A model generated the notes under the pieces. It was not told the origin of the DNA and did not search any database. It saw nothing but the letters and a program-made list of their open reading frames with translations. Source: Spirochaetota bacterium (lineage in GTDB: Bacteria; Spirochaetota; UBA4802; UB4802). Taken from it: a stretch of 64,000 nt of DNA. This document shows positions 49,461 through 58,916 of the stretch, one piece after another; the first letter of the stretch is position 1, and the number at the start of each line of letters is the position of its first letter. Location: positions 42,673-106,672 of the forward strand of contig JBBFLA010000004.1 of assembly GCA_037481795.1 (NCBI GenBank), in the 5' to 3' direction. Both the position numbers and the translations under genes were made by a program.

Positions 49461-50000
49461 TTATTTTTCTCCTTGCCGTGATCGTATAGCATCAACCATT
49501 TTTACAAATAATTCATAAAAATCCTGTAATTCATCATTTTTTCGCAAAGGGCGGGGATTAGGTATATTGCCTTTGATAATGTCATTAAAATAGTTTGACA
49601 TAACATAGATAGGCCCTGCAATCTTGTGTGTTTTGCGGATCAATACAAAATAGAGTATTATTCCCTGCAAGATGACAAATGCAATAATGATGATTAATAG
49701 TATGTTGTTTAATTCAATGATTTTCTTTATCGTGTTAATGTTGTTTACATGGTCATTAGCAATATTCTGTATTGCTAATTTCTGGTCCGAATCGTGTGGA
49801 GATTGTGAATATGCAATAAGTGCTTCAACTATATTATCCTGTATTTGAATGATATGAATAAGACGCTTATTGTTTGCTGCAGCGTTGACGCCAATAGCAG
49901 CAATTATTATAGCAACTATGACAAAAACAATAGCAATGACAGAAAATGTGGTTTTAAGCTGAAATTTTTTGTTTATGATGTATTGTTTTCTCTGCCTCAT
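49461..50000 (-). CDS. Membrane protein with two TM helices and a HAMP-like domain only
   Basis: TM1, ~75-aa periplasmic segment, TM2, then an amphipathic HAMP-like sequence (IAGPIYVMSNYFNDIIKGNI...DELQDFYELFVKMVDAI); no output domain. Confidence 0.5.
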   Translation of the reverse strand: MRQRKQYIINKKFQLKTTFSVIAIVFVIVAIIIAAIGVNAAANNKRLIHIIQIQDNIVEALIAYSQSPHDSDQKLAIQNIANDHVNNINTIKKIIELNNILLIIIIAFVILQGIILYFVLIRKTHKIAGPIYVMSNYFNDIIKGNIPNPRPLRKNDELQDFYELFVKMVDAIRSRQGEK

Positions 50001-50090
50001 AGTATAGTACCTTTTTTTAAAATTTTTAGATTCAATGAATATAAATAATAGTATGTTTTTTTAATATGTCAATCTTAAAATTTTAAATTA

Positions 50091-50681
50091 TTAAAAAAGT
50101 TTTTGGATTATATCCATATCAACTATCATCCTGAAAAAGCAACGCAATGGGAAGCCTATAACATTGGTGATTGAACCAATCGTTTTTTCTATGATCATGG
50201 TGCCATATTCCTGCGCTGCATATGCACCAGCTTTATCCTTAAAATTTATATGTGATAAGTATGTGGTAATATCGCTTTTATTGAGTTTTTTAAATGTTAC
50301 CTGTGTTATTTCATAACCATTATGCTGGCGGATATCGTTTCTATTGTTATACAGTAAGCTTATTGCTGATATGACATGATGTGTTCTTCCCGAAAGTTTT
50401 GATAGCATATAATACGCATGATCAAAGTCAGCAGGTTTTCCTAAAATTTCATTGTCGATAGTTACTATGGTGTCACAGGTTATGACGAGTGAAGGGTTTG
50501 TAAATATCTTTGTGCGTATAGTATTGAGCTTATCAATGGATGCGCGTTGAACAAAATCCAGAGGTTTTTCATAAGCATGCGGTATTTCTTCAACATCAGG
50601 ATGAATAATAGTTATGGTATTGAACAAGCTTTGAAGCAGATATTCCCTTCGTGGGGATGAAGAGCCAAGTATGATATCCAT
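50091..50681 (-). CDS. maf: Maf-like nucleoside triphosphate pyrophosphatase (septum formation protein Maf)
   Basis: N-terminal ILGSSSPRR motif; 196 aa. Confidence 0.85.
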   Translation of the reverse strand: MDIILGSSSPRREYLLQSLFNTITIIHPDVEEIPHAYEKPLDFVQRASIDKLNTIRTKIFTNPSLVITCDTIVTIDNEILGKPADFDHAYYMLSKLSGRTHHVISAISLLYNNRNDIRQHNGYEITQVTFKKLNKSDITTYLSHINFKDKAGAYAAQEYGTMIIEKTIGSITNVIGFPLRCFFRMIVDMDIIQKLF

Positions 50682-50687
50682 ATTTTG

Positions 50688-52715
50688 CTATTTAAGAATT
50701 ACTTTTTCATTAAGTTTGTATACTCTGGTTACATTTTTTATCTGTTTCAGTCGTTTCATAATCTCATTAAGATGATTTAAGCTTTTTACTTCAAGAACAA
50801 ATTTAAGCAATGCTTGATCTTTAGCAACTACAGAAGCTTCGGCCTTGATAATGTTTGTTTTTGTTAAGGATATTTCGTCGGCAACATCCTTCAATAAATT
50901 AGTTCTATCCATTGCTTCAACTGCAATTTTAACAGGATAGGTACTTTCTGACTGCTCCCATTGTATATCTACAAAGCGTTCTCTTTCATTTTGCAAACGT
51001 TGTAATGCAGGGCAATTTTTTTTATGGACGGTGATTCCTCTGCCTCTGGTAATAAATCCTATAACATCATCTCCTGGAATGGGTTGGCAGCATTGTGAAA
51101 GGCGTATCATAACATTATTTGTGCCATCTATGGTTATGCCAACTTTCTTTTTGTTTGTATAGCTTTTAAGTTTTACAAGTTCGTTTTCGGGTATACTGAC
51201 GCTGGCAATCTTTTCTTTCTTTTCCTTTTCTTCTTTTTCCAGATGTTCATCTTCAGGTTCTAAGTTCTTTCGTAACCAGTTGCGTATTTTATATCGGGCA
51301 TTTGATGATTTGACAAATTTAAGCCATGCAGGTGATGGGTGGCCTTTTTTGCTGGTTAATATCTCAACAATATCTCCGCTTTTCAATTCAGTTTTAAGAG
51401 GAACAAGCTGGTTGTTCACTTTTGCGCCAGTGCAATGATTGCCAATTTCAGTATGTATAAGGTACGCAAAATCTACAGGAGTAGAGCCCTTGGCCAATTT
51501 TATAATTTTTCCCTTAGGAGTGAAGACAAAAATTTCGTCTTCATACAGGTCCATCTTGAGTTCTTTAATGAATTCACGGGTATCATTAATTTCACTCTGC
51601 CATTCATGAATGTTATTGAGAATTGTAATATTTTTATATTTGGGCTTAAATGATTTTATCCCTTCTTTATATAACCAGTGAGCAGCAATCCCCATTTCTG
51701 CAGTGGCATGCATATCCCATGTTCGTATCTGAATTTCTAATGGATGGCCATCAGGCCCAATCACTGTTGTATGTAATGATTGATACATGTTTGATTTTGG
51801 TACAGCAATATAATCCTTAAATCGGGAAGGAATGGGGGTCCATATCGTATGAACAATACCTAAAATCCCATAGCAATCCTTTACTTCATTGGTAATAATT
51901 CTGATAGCCCTTAAGTCAAAAATATCGTCAAATGTTCTTCCCTGTTGAAGCTTTTTAAAGATTGAATAATGATGTTTGATTCTACCGTGAATTTGAGCTT
52001 CAATATTTAACTCTTTCAATCGTTGCTGCAATACATCGCGTATAGAATCAATAAATGCTTCTAATTCGCTTCTGCGTGCCTTTATATGTTCAAGGATAGC
52101 ATTATAGTCATCTGGATATAAAACTCTGAATGCCAGATCTTCCAGTTCACTGCGTATTTTGGACATGCCCAGGCGCCCTGCTAAGGGTGCATAAATATCA
52201 AGAACTTCCTGTGCAATATATTTTTGTTTATATTCAGGCTGGAACATGATAGTGCGCATATTGTGCAGTTTGTCGGCCAATTTAATAATTATCACACGGG
52301 CATCCTGAATGGTTGCCAGTAACATCTTACGCAGGGTCTCAGCCTGTTCCTTTTGCTTTGTATGTTTTTTTAACGAAGATATTTTTGTAACACCATCAAC
52401 AAGCGTTGCTACTTCTTCGCCAAATAGTTCTCTGACTTTATCTAAGTTGATTGGGGTATCTTCAACAACATCATGAAGCAATGCTGCAATGATAGTGGTT
52501 TCATCCATTTTAAGGTTAGCCAGGATAATGGCTACTTCCATGGGATGCACAATATATGGTTCGCCAGATAACCGTTGTTGATCTTTATGAGCTTGGCTGG
52601 CTATTTCGTATGCTTTTCTGATGTTTTCAATATGTATTTCAGGATTATTATCCTTAATAACAGATATAAGAGTATCAATATCTCTGCTTTTTATTTTTAG
52701 ATCTATAGGTGACAT
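50688..52715 (-). CDS. relA: Bifunctional (p)ppGpp synthetase/hydrolase RelA/SpoT
   Basis: HD hydrolase domain (HPMEVA...LLHDVVEDT), synthetase domain (RIKHHYSIFKK...), TGS and ACT-like C-terminal regions; 675 aa. Confidence 0.95.
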   Translation of the reverse strand: MSPIDLKIKSRDIDTLISVIKDNNPEIHIENIRKAYEIASQAHKDQQRLSGEPYIVHPMEVAIILANLKMDETTIIAALLHDVVEDTPINLDKVRELFGEEVATLVDGVTKISSLKKHTKQKEQAETLRKMLLATIQDARVIIIKLADKLHNMRTIMFQPEYKQKYIAQEVLDIYAPLAGRLGMSKIRSELEDLAFRVLYPDDYNAILEHIKARRSELEAFIDSIRDVLQQRLKELNIEAQIHGRIKHHYSIFKKLQQGRTFDDIFDLRAIRIITNEVKDCYGILGIVHTIWTPIPSRFKDYIAVPKSNMYQSLHTTVIGPDGHPLEIQIRTWDMHATAEMGIAAHWLYKEGIKSFKPKYKNITILNNIHEWQSEINDTREFIKELKMDLYEDEIFVFTPKGKIIKLAKGSTPVDFAYLIHTEIGNHCTGAKVNNQLVPLKTELKSGDIVEILTSKKGHPSPAWLKFVKSSNARYKIRNWLRKNLEPEDEHLEKEEKEKKEKIASVSIPENELVKLKSYTNKKKVGITIDGTNNVMIRLSQCCQPIPGDDVIGFITRGRGITVHKKNCPALQRLQNERERFVDIQWEQSESTYPVKIAVEAMDRTNLLKDVADEISLTKTNIIKAEASVVAKDQALLKFVLEVKSLNHLNEIMKRLKQIKNVTRVYKLNEKVILK

Positions 52716-52856
52716 AGAATATAATCATAGTACACTATAAAATATAAAAGCTTCACATTAATATTTAGTTGATTAAAGACCAACGTAAATATAGAATACT
52801 GTATAATATAATATACTCATTTTTATAAAAAAACAAACAATATTTGGTAAAAAATA

Positions 52857-53969
52857 TTACTTTGATTTGATTGCTGGCAGTTCCAGATCTATCTTGGGAG
52901 AACTTTTCTTGCCAAATTGTAATATTAATTTGTCTGGTACATCTTTAACAATAAATACTAAATAACCATCATTTTCTTTTACATTATCAAAATCAGTTTT
53001 AAGTGAGTAATCTTCTAACTCATAGACTGTATCGTTGTTAGCAATTAATCGGCATTCTTCATTCCAGAAAATAAATGCTTGTTTTGATGCAACATTTGTG
53101 ATTTTCATAAAGATTAAGATTTTTGTTGAAGAGTCTTGCTTTTTTTGTATTTTAATGGATGTTACATTACAATCAAATCCCTGATATTGAAATGATAAAG
53201 AAGCTGGAATTGTTATGGATTCAGAAAAAGTTGTATTTGTGATTGTGTTGGCAATTTCTTTGCTTTCACTGGATTTTTGTTCCATATTTTTTTTATAATC
53301 ATCAAATACTTTTAAATCCTCATCAAGGTTAGGAATACTAATACCCGTTTGATTTGATAATTCTTTCATTGCTTCTGCGTATGCTGTTTTAAATTCATCT
53401 GATTTTGAAGAGGCTATACTGTATATTGAAGCTGCTTCAAACTGACCAATATTTTCAAAGATCTTTTGTGCCTGTTCATACTTTTCATCTATTGGTTCTG
53501 GTTTTGAAATGGATTTCATTGTAATGGTTACCTGTTGTTTAGGTTCCATTGTAATAGATTCTCTGGTCAGCTTATTGTATATAGTATCCCTGGTGTTTGC
53601 AATAATTGTTGTTCCATCATCTTTTACATCAATAAAACCTGAACCTTCAAACTCAGCAGTATGCGTTTCTATTTTATATCCTTTGGGCATTGTTGCAAAA
53701 ACCATACCTAATAATATTAATGATCCATTTATAAATCCATTATCAGTTTTTACCATCATCATGCTTTTAGGATACATTAAAAACTGGGTTTCCTGATTCT
53801 GGTTTGCAACTGCTTTATTGTAAACTAATGCGTACGATTTATCATCAACTATAATCTGATATTGTGAATTATTAGGCAATTTTTTTATATCTTTTACGTA
53901 TGTGATTTTCCCTTCTTTTTGCAACATGACATCGCCACTGATTTTTTTTACTATTACACCTTCAGACAT
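52857..53969 (-). CDS. Hypothetical protein (370 aa)
   Basis: Strong RBS AAGGAGG before the ATG; no signal peptide and no recognisable family. Confidence 0.5.
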   Translation of the reverse strand: MSEGVIVKKISGDVMLQKEGKITYVKDIKKLPNNSQYQIIVDDKSYALVYNKAVANQNQETQFLMYPKSMMMVKTDNGFINGSLILLGMVFATMPKGYKIETHTAEFEGSGFIDVKDDGTTIIANTRDTIYNKLTRESITMEPKQQVTITMKSISKPEPIDEKYEQAQKIFENIGQFEAASIYSIASSKSDEFKTAYAEAMKELSNQTGISIPNLDEDLKVFDDYKKNMEQKSSESKEIANTITNTTFSESITIPASLSFQYQGFDCNVTSIKIQKKQDSSTKILIFMKITNVASKQAFIFWNEECRLIANNDTVYELEDYSLKTDFDNVKENDGYLVFIVKDVPDKLILQFGKKSSPKIDLELPAIKSK

Positions 53970-54317
53970 GGCAACCTCCTTATAAATAATAGCAGGATTT
54001 ATTTATATAATTTATAATAGCAAGATCATGATTCTTAACATACAATTGTAAATTATTATTATATGTTGTATCTATAATTTTTCAAGCAGTTTTTATAATT
54101 ACCGTAATGCTATATCTTTTTTAGGTGCACTTATCCATTTCTATAGTTTGTATGGTTTTTGCATGTTTGCTTTTTTAAGTCTAATTTTAATTCTATTTTG
54201 TGCTTGATTGCAATGAGATACTTTTTATAAAAAATATCTTAAATAAATATAAAAAATTCCGATGATTATACTGGTTGATAATTACAAGACACTCCTATTC
54301 GCACATTTACCGGGTTG

Positions 54318-54352
54318 AAGGCTTTTGCAGCAGGCACTCCTGCAAAAGCCTT
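54318..54352 (+). other. Perfect 13-bp stem / 9-nt loop hairpin in an intergenic leader
   Basis: AAGGCTTTTGCAG-caggcactc-CTGCAAAAGCCTT, followed by AUAUUUUAAAAA. ACTCC occurs three times within 90 nt (54292, 54336, 54367). It lies ~80 nt upstream of tsaC. Confidence 0.4.
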
Positions 54353-54434
54353 ATATTTTAAAAACACTCCACAATCAATATACTAACTAAATTAAATGAA
54401 GAAAATTTCCGTTAATTAATGTATAATAATAGCT

Positions 54435-55052
54435 ATGATAGTACTAATTAATGAAATTAATCCACAGAAGCGCTTTATCAAGAAAGCAAAAGAGATTCTT
54501 GAAGAAGGAGGTATTATCATTTTCCCTACCGATACCGTGTATGCGTATGGATGTGATATTAATGACAAACGAGCAATTGAACGGTTGTATCTTATAAAGC
54601 GAATTCCCAAAAATAAACCACTCAGTTTTATATTTTCAGACATTTCGGAAATATCTCAGTATGTACGCAATGTTTCAGATCAGGCTTTTAAAATTATGAA
54701 AAAAGCTTTTCCAGGTCCCTATACATTTATTTTTCAGGCATCTAAATTAGTACCAAAGATTGCCATAACCAATCAAAAGACAATAGGTGTCAGGATTCCT
54801 GATAACAGTATTGCGCTTGAACTGGTGCAGGCATTAGGCCATCCAATAATGACAGCAAGTGTCAGCACCAAAGAAGGCCATTATGTAATTGATCCAGTTG
54901 ATTTAGACAAAGAATACCGAAATGCAGTTGACATGATATTAAGTTGCGGGCCTAAGACAAGTGATCCATCAACTGTTGTTGACTTTTCTGATGGTGATAT
55001 AAAGATTGTCCGCAAGGGCAAAGGTGAACTTTTTTTTATTGAGGAGGAGTAA
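54435..55052 (+). CDS. tsaC: L-threonylcarbamoyladenylate synthase (YrdC/TsaC family)
   Basis: YrdC domain GGIIIFPTDTVYAYGCD...IPKNKPL; 205 aa. Confidence 0.85.
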   Translation: MIVLINEINPQKRFIKKAKEILEEGGIIIFPTDTVYAYGCDINDKRAIERLYLIKRIPKNKPLSFIFSDISEISQYVRNVSDQAFKIMKKAFPGPYTFIFQASKLVPKIAITNQKTIGVRIPDNSIALELVQALGHPIMTASVSTKEGHYVIDPVDLDKEYRNAVDMILSCGPKTSDPSTVVDFSDGDIKIVRKGKGELFFIEEE

Positions 55053-55058
55053 GCAGCC

Positions 55059-55382
55059 ATGGATGTTTTGTTAAACTTTTTAATGAAATTGCTTGCCATT
55101 GCTATTTATATAGCCATGGGTGCGCTGGTGTCGTGGATATTTTACAGTTTAAAACGCCGTGATCTGTTTGGTGGATTTATTGGTGGTATGGTAATAGGTG
55201 TTATTGGTGCATTAATTGGCGGATTCATTCTTGATAAGCTGTTGCTTGATATAACAATAAAAATATTACGATTTTTAGTGTATGATACCGGTGTCAATAT
55301 CATTGCAGCGTTTATAGGCGGATATGCAGCAGTGTATGTCATGAACAAACTCAATCATGATAAGGAACGCAAACGCTATTAA
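55059..55382 (+). CDS. GlsB/YeaQ/YmgE-family small membrane protein
   Basis: Gly-zipper TM helices (GGFIGGMVIGVIGALIGGFIL); 107 aa. Confidence 0.6.
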   Translation: MDVLLNFLMKLLAIAIYIAMGALVSWIFYSLKRRDLFGGFIGGMVIGVIGALIGGFILDKLLLDITIKILRFLVYDTGVNIIAAFIGGYAAVYVMNKLNHDKERKRY

Positions 55383-57043
55383 AATCCTTCCGCAATTGCC
55401 TGTACAATATTTTCAGGAACATGTTCCAGATAGGGCTTTACATCATCCATACATGCAAAGGGGCGATGCACAATGATTGTTGATGCACCTTTTTTCCCAA
55501 TGCCCGGTATGGTTTCCAGAGCTTTTTGTGGCAGTGTGTTAATTGGTATTGGATATGGAAGGCACAGGAGAGATCGTTCTTGATGACCAACAACAATGCA
55601 ATCAACAAAACTAAAAAGCGGTAACCCTGCAGGAATTTTTGCCGTTATGGCGTAGCTTCTAATTTCTTTTGCGTACGAATAATCGTGCATACATGACATT
55701 ACCTGCATATTATACATAACAGTACCTATGGGGAATAGCCTGGCAATCATGGCATGGTCAATTACGCTTCTAATTTTTTCACGGTAAAAACGGTAACGGT
55801 TTTCAATCATTGTATTGTGTGTTTGTTTTTGTGCGGCGATAGTTCCCGGGAAGGGAAACAAACTACGTATATTAATCCGTTTCAAAAGCAGTCCTCTGTC
55901 AAGAATTTCCAGCAGCGATTCATAGTTGATTTTAAATGTGTCAGAGGTTTCACCAATAAGCCCATGAATAAGATTAATACCCGGTAAAAGTCTGTGGATG
56001 CCATTAATTATCTTGCCACCGGTATCGTTTATTAATTGTACAACCTGTATAACCTCTTCTTTTTGCAATTTAAGGTTGTTTTTTTGGATGACAGATGGAT
56101 CAAAAGATTCAACGCCTAACGGCATTGTATCGCCCGGAGTTACCGTATGAGCAATACAATCAATAATGGCCTGTGATTCTTCAGGAAAGTAAAAGATGGT
56201 ACCGGGATTTGCATTGTCAATGTTCAACATTTTGATATGCCCTTTTTGTGTTCGCTTTTGCAATTCAGTAAAAAGATTAATGACTGCAGCAGGATTTGGC
56301 CGCGGGAACCCGTGAACAAAGTCTTGCAGATGTGATTTATAAGCAATAATATCAGCCTGCCTTCCAATCCTGAATCTAAAAATCCCTTGAGCAATGAGTG
56401 CATCAATTTCACGTATGATATCTTCTTCATCTCTGAAATCAACAGATTGCAGTAACCCTTCAGCACAAAATGAGCAGTGATTGCGGCGTGGGCATCCTCT
56501 GTAAGTTTCTATCTCACAGATAAGGTTGGGGAATTGTGGGTGTAGCTTAACCAGCGTACTGCCGTAAACCGCCCAGCGTGCAAGGTCTTTGTATGTGCGA
56601 TAGTTACTGGTAACAGGACTACTGCCAGTAGCAATTGTATACGCAAACTGTTCGATATCACCAGTTACCAGTGTTGTATTGGTAAAATCCTTCACTAAGT
56701 GAGCTATCATACCGCCAATGGCAAATCTTTGACGTTTGTTTGCTGCAATGATTTTTGTAATTTCAGCAACAGTTCCTATTTTAAAGCCAAGGTATTTACC
56801 GGGAACTATTGCCCCCCCAATTAAAAAAACATAATGAAAATTATGTGGTAGCCGGTATTCAGCTTTGCGAAGAGCATCAATGGTAAGATACACAATTTCA
56901 TCATGGTATATACCGGCATCAATGAGTGCACCATACACATAGCGCGGGTAGGGGGAAACAAATGGCGGTACGCCAAAACACGCCGGTTCGTCCACGTAAC
57001 AATCAAGAATGCAGTATTGTTTATTCATGCTGTAATGATGCAA
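55379..57043 (-). CDS. Radical-SAM-superfamily protein with non-canonical CX5CX2C cluster motif and C-terminal helix-hairpin-helix
   Basis: YRGCPRRNHCSFCAEG verified in DNA (tgc cca cgc cgc aat cac tgc tca ttt tgt); C-terminal HhH LPQKALETIPGIGKKGASTII; 554 aa; overlaps the upstream HD gene by 23 nt. Confidence 0.55.
   Translation of the reverse strand: MHHYSMNKQYCILDCYVDEPACFGVPPFVSPYPRYVYGALIDAGIYHDEIVYLTIDALRKAEYRLPHNFHYVFLIGGAIVPGKYLGFKIGTVAEITKIIAANKRQRFAIGGMIAHLVKDFTNTTLVTGDIEQFAYTIATGSSPVTSNYRTYKDLARWAVYGSTLVKLHPQFPNLICEIETYRGCPRRNHCSFCAEGLLQSVDFRDEEDIIREIDALIAQGIFRFRIGRQADIIAYKSHLQDFVHGFPRPNPAAVINLFTELQKRTQKGHIKMLNIDNANPGTIFYFPEESQAIIDCIAHTVTPGDTMPLGVESFDPSVIQKNNLKLQKEEVIQVVQLINDTGGKIINGIHRLLPGINLIHGLIGETSDTFKINYESLLEILDRGLLLKRINIRSLFPFPGTIAAQKQTHNTMIENRYRFYREKIRSVIDHAMIARLFPIGTVMYNMQVMSCMHDYSYAKEIRSYAITAKIPAGLPLFSFVDCIVVGHQERSLLCLPYPIPINTLPQKALETIPGIGKKGASTIIVHRPFACMDDVKPYLEHVPENIVQAIAEGF
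56595..56610 (-). repeat. Copy of dispersed motif
   Basis: GTGCGATAGTTACTGG inside the radical SAM gene. Confidence 0.8.
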
Positions 57044-57623
57044 TAATATCTTCCAGAGGTTTTATAAGGTGTCTTTTTAATTTTTTTTCAATGATTATAA
57101 TAATGTCTTTGTTTTCAAGAATTTTGTTACAGCGTTCCGGTGTGGTGCCATAGCGTTTGAGCAGGTCTTCAATGCGCTGGTCAACTGTTACAATCTCATT
57201 GTGCATAACGCGTTTATCTGCGTAATACACTATATCTGCTTCATTGAGAGGTGAAGCCTCTGATGTGTCGCGTAAAAATACATGCTGCCCTACGATATCG
57301 GCTATTTCCGGATATCCTAAGGATTCTAAAAGTTGTTTGCCGGAAATGTCATGCTTTTCACCTGTTTTCAATGCACGGGATTTGGTGATGTCATGAAGCA
57401 ATGCTGCAGCACAAACTAAATCACGGTTGATTGTAACACTACCATTCAGATGATCAACGATGGTACAGGCAACCTTATATACCTGTAAAGAATGTTCAAG
57501 CACATTGGGCAGGATGTCATACTTCTGCAAAAGCGCTAAAGATGTTTTCATGTCAGGAATATTCATTAATGGTATCCACAGTAGTATATGATTTAATAAT
57601 ACACTATATGAGTAACATGTCAT
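57021..57623 (-). CDS. HD-domain phosphohydrolase (YqeK-like)
   Basis: H...HD motif: LEHSLQVYKVACTI...AALLHDITK. ATG at 57623 overlaps the upstream gene stop (ATGA); an alternative start at 57551 (MKTSLALL) would remove a hydrophobic 24-aa extension. Confidence 0.6.
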   Translation of the reverse strand: MTCYSYSVLLNHILLWIPLMNIPDMKTSLALLQKYDILPNVLEHSLQVYKVACTIVDHLNGSVTINRDLVCAAALLHDITKSRALKTGEKHDISGKQLLESLGYPEIADIVGQHVFLRDTSEASPLNEADIVYYADKRVMHNEIVTVDQRIEDLLKRYGTTPERCNKILENKDIIIIIEKKLKRHLIKPLEDIIASLQHE

Positions 57624-58327
57624 ATAATCATGTCAATAAAAAAGATTGAGCCAATATCAATTGCAAAAAGATCTGATAAAAAGGCAATGCTTTTGTTGTG
57701 GTTTTCAATAAAATTCACAATATTGGCGTAATCAGGATGGTGGTTTAAACGTCCGGTGAAGTAAACGGTGTCAGAGCACAAACCACTTGCACCGCCAATA
57801 AAACCGTACCGGTAGCCAGGAAGTTCAATATATCCAGGTTTAATGAGCAGTGAATCAATAGAATGTTTTATAGCAGCAGTGTGAATGGTAATGTCCGAGG
57901 TAATAATGGCATTTGAGTCAACAATGCAGGTTGAACATTTGGTGTATCCCTGGTTTACGTGAATCAGGGGGTCAGAGCATTGGGCTAAAATCTCTTTTAT
58001 GGTGCTATCAGTTACTTTTGTATTATGAAAAGCTATGCTGCCAGTATATGCGCAGTTATATGCACAGTCGTAAGGGTATTTTGCCTGTAGGTGGCTTTTG
58101 CCTGGTATTAATGTATAGTTTGATTGCGATAGTACCTGTAAAAAAGTCTTTTCAATATCTGGTTCATAAATGATATTGTTGCCAATGAAAAAAAGCTGGA
58201 TATCAGGGTGCCCTGCAACAGGCCGTTCAACGCGGGAACACAGTGGAATTGTAATGGGTGAAAATCTGTTGCGCGTTAAGCCTTTTATAACAGCCTGCGG
58301 TGTGTCAGGATTAATAATGGCAATCAT
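57620..58327 (-). CDS. Hypothetical protein (~235 aa) in operon with DUF1232 and HD proteins
   Basis: ATG at 58327 overlaps the DUF1232 stop (ATGA); the ORF-track N-terminal extension overlaps the upstream gene and is probably spurious. No family recognised. Confidence 0.45.
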   Translation of the reverse strand: MIAIINPDTPQAVIKGLTRNRFSPITIPLCSRVERPVAGHPDIQLFFIGNNIIYEPDIEKTFLQVLSQSNYTLIPGKSHLQAKYPYDCAYNCAYTGSIAFHNTKVTDSTIKEILAQCSDPLIHVNQGYTKCSTCIVDSNAIITSDITIHTAAIKHSIDSLLIKPGYIELPGYRYGFIGGASGLCSDTVYFTGRLNHHPDYANIVNFIENHNKSIAFLSDLFAIDIGSIFFIDMII

Positions 58328-58719
58328 GGTTTTAAAAGCCTGATAATTCCGGTAACTATCGCATACATAAAAAAACCTATACAGAACCACACAAGAATAA
58401 TAAGTAAAAGCCCCAGCACAATAAATCCCAATGACTTTTTAAATGCTGAATGCGCCTGCACCTTACATTCTTCATAAACAGGTTGTGGAATAGATTTTAT
58501 TGCTATAAAAAATAAAAACGGTAGTATGACAGCGTCATCCAGATATCCAATGAATGGAATAAAATCAGGCACCAAATCAACTGGGGACAGAGCATATGCT
58601 ATTGTCACTATAATTATGATTTTTGACCATAGTGAGACTTCAGGATGCTTGATAGCAACCAGCAATGCACCAACAGTGTCACGGAAGTTAAAGAATATTT
58701 TTTTAAATTTGCTTTTCAT
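58324..58719 (-). CDS. DUF1232/YkvA-family membrane protein
   Basis: Signature DLVPDFIPFIGYLDD followed by TM helices; 131 aa. Confidence 0.65.
   Translation of the reverse strand: MKSKFKKIFFNFRDTVGALLVAIKHPEVSLWSKIIIIVTIAYALSPVDLVPDFIPFIGYLDDAVILPFLFFIAIKSIPQPVYEECKVQAHSAFKKSLGFIVLGLLLIILVWFCIGFFMYAIVTGIIRLLKP
58349..58365 (+). repeat. Copy of dispersed motif (17-mer identical to 60127..60143)
   Basis: CCGGTAACTATCGCATA near the 3' end of the DUF1232 CDS. Confidence 0.8.
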
Positions 58720-58916
58720 GAACTATTTTTGCAAAACCTTTACTATGGTGCTTCCAAAAGTGATTGATGACTTTTTAAAATAATATACCATATACTGTGG
58801 TCATTTGGATACAATGTATCTCTTGTTTGCTGCAAAATCATCTGTGTTAAACAAAAAAATTTGTTATGTAAAATTATTTTAAACTGCACACGCCAGTAAG
58901 GATTAATGTAAAAAAA

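Noticed and set aside
57620-58327. Idea that the 235-aa protein is a pentein-fold (amidinotransferase/DDAH-like) enzyme, based on GGASGLC
   Set aside because: The Cys is ~40 residues from the C-terminus and the flanking residues do not match the G-x-x-H-C / GGGxxC catalytic motifs of that superfamily. Left as hypothetical.
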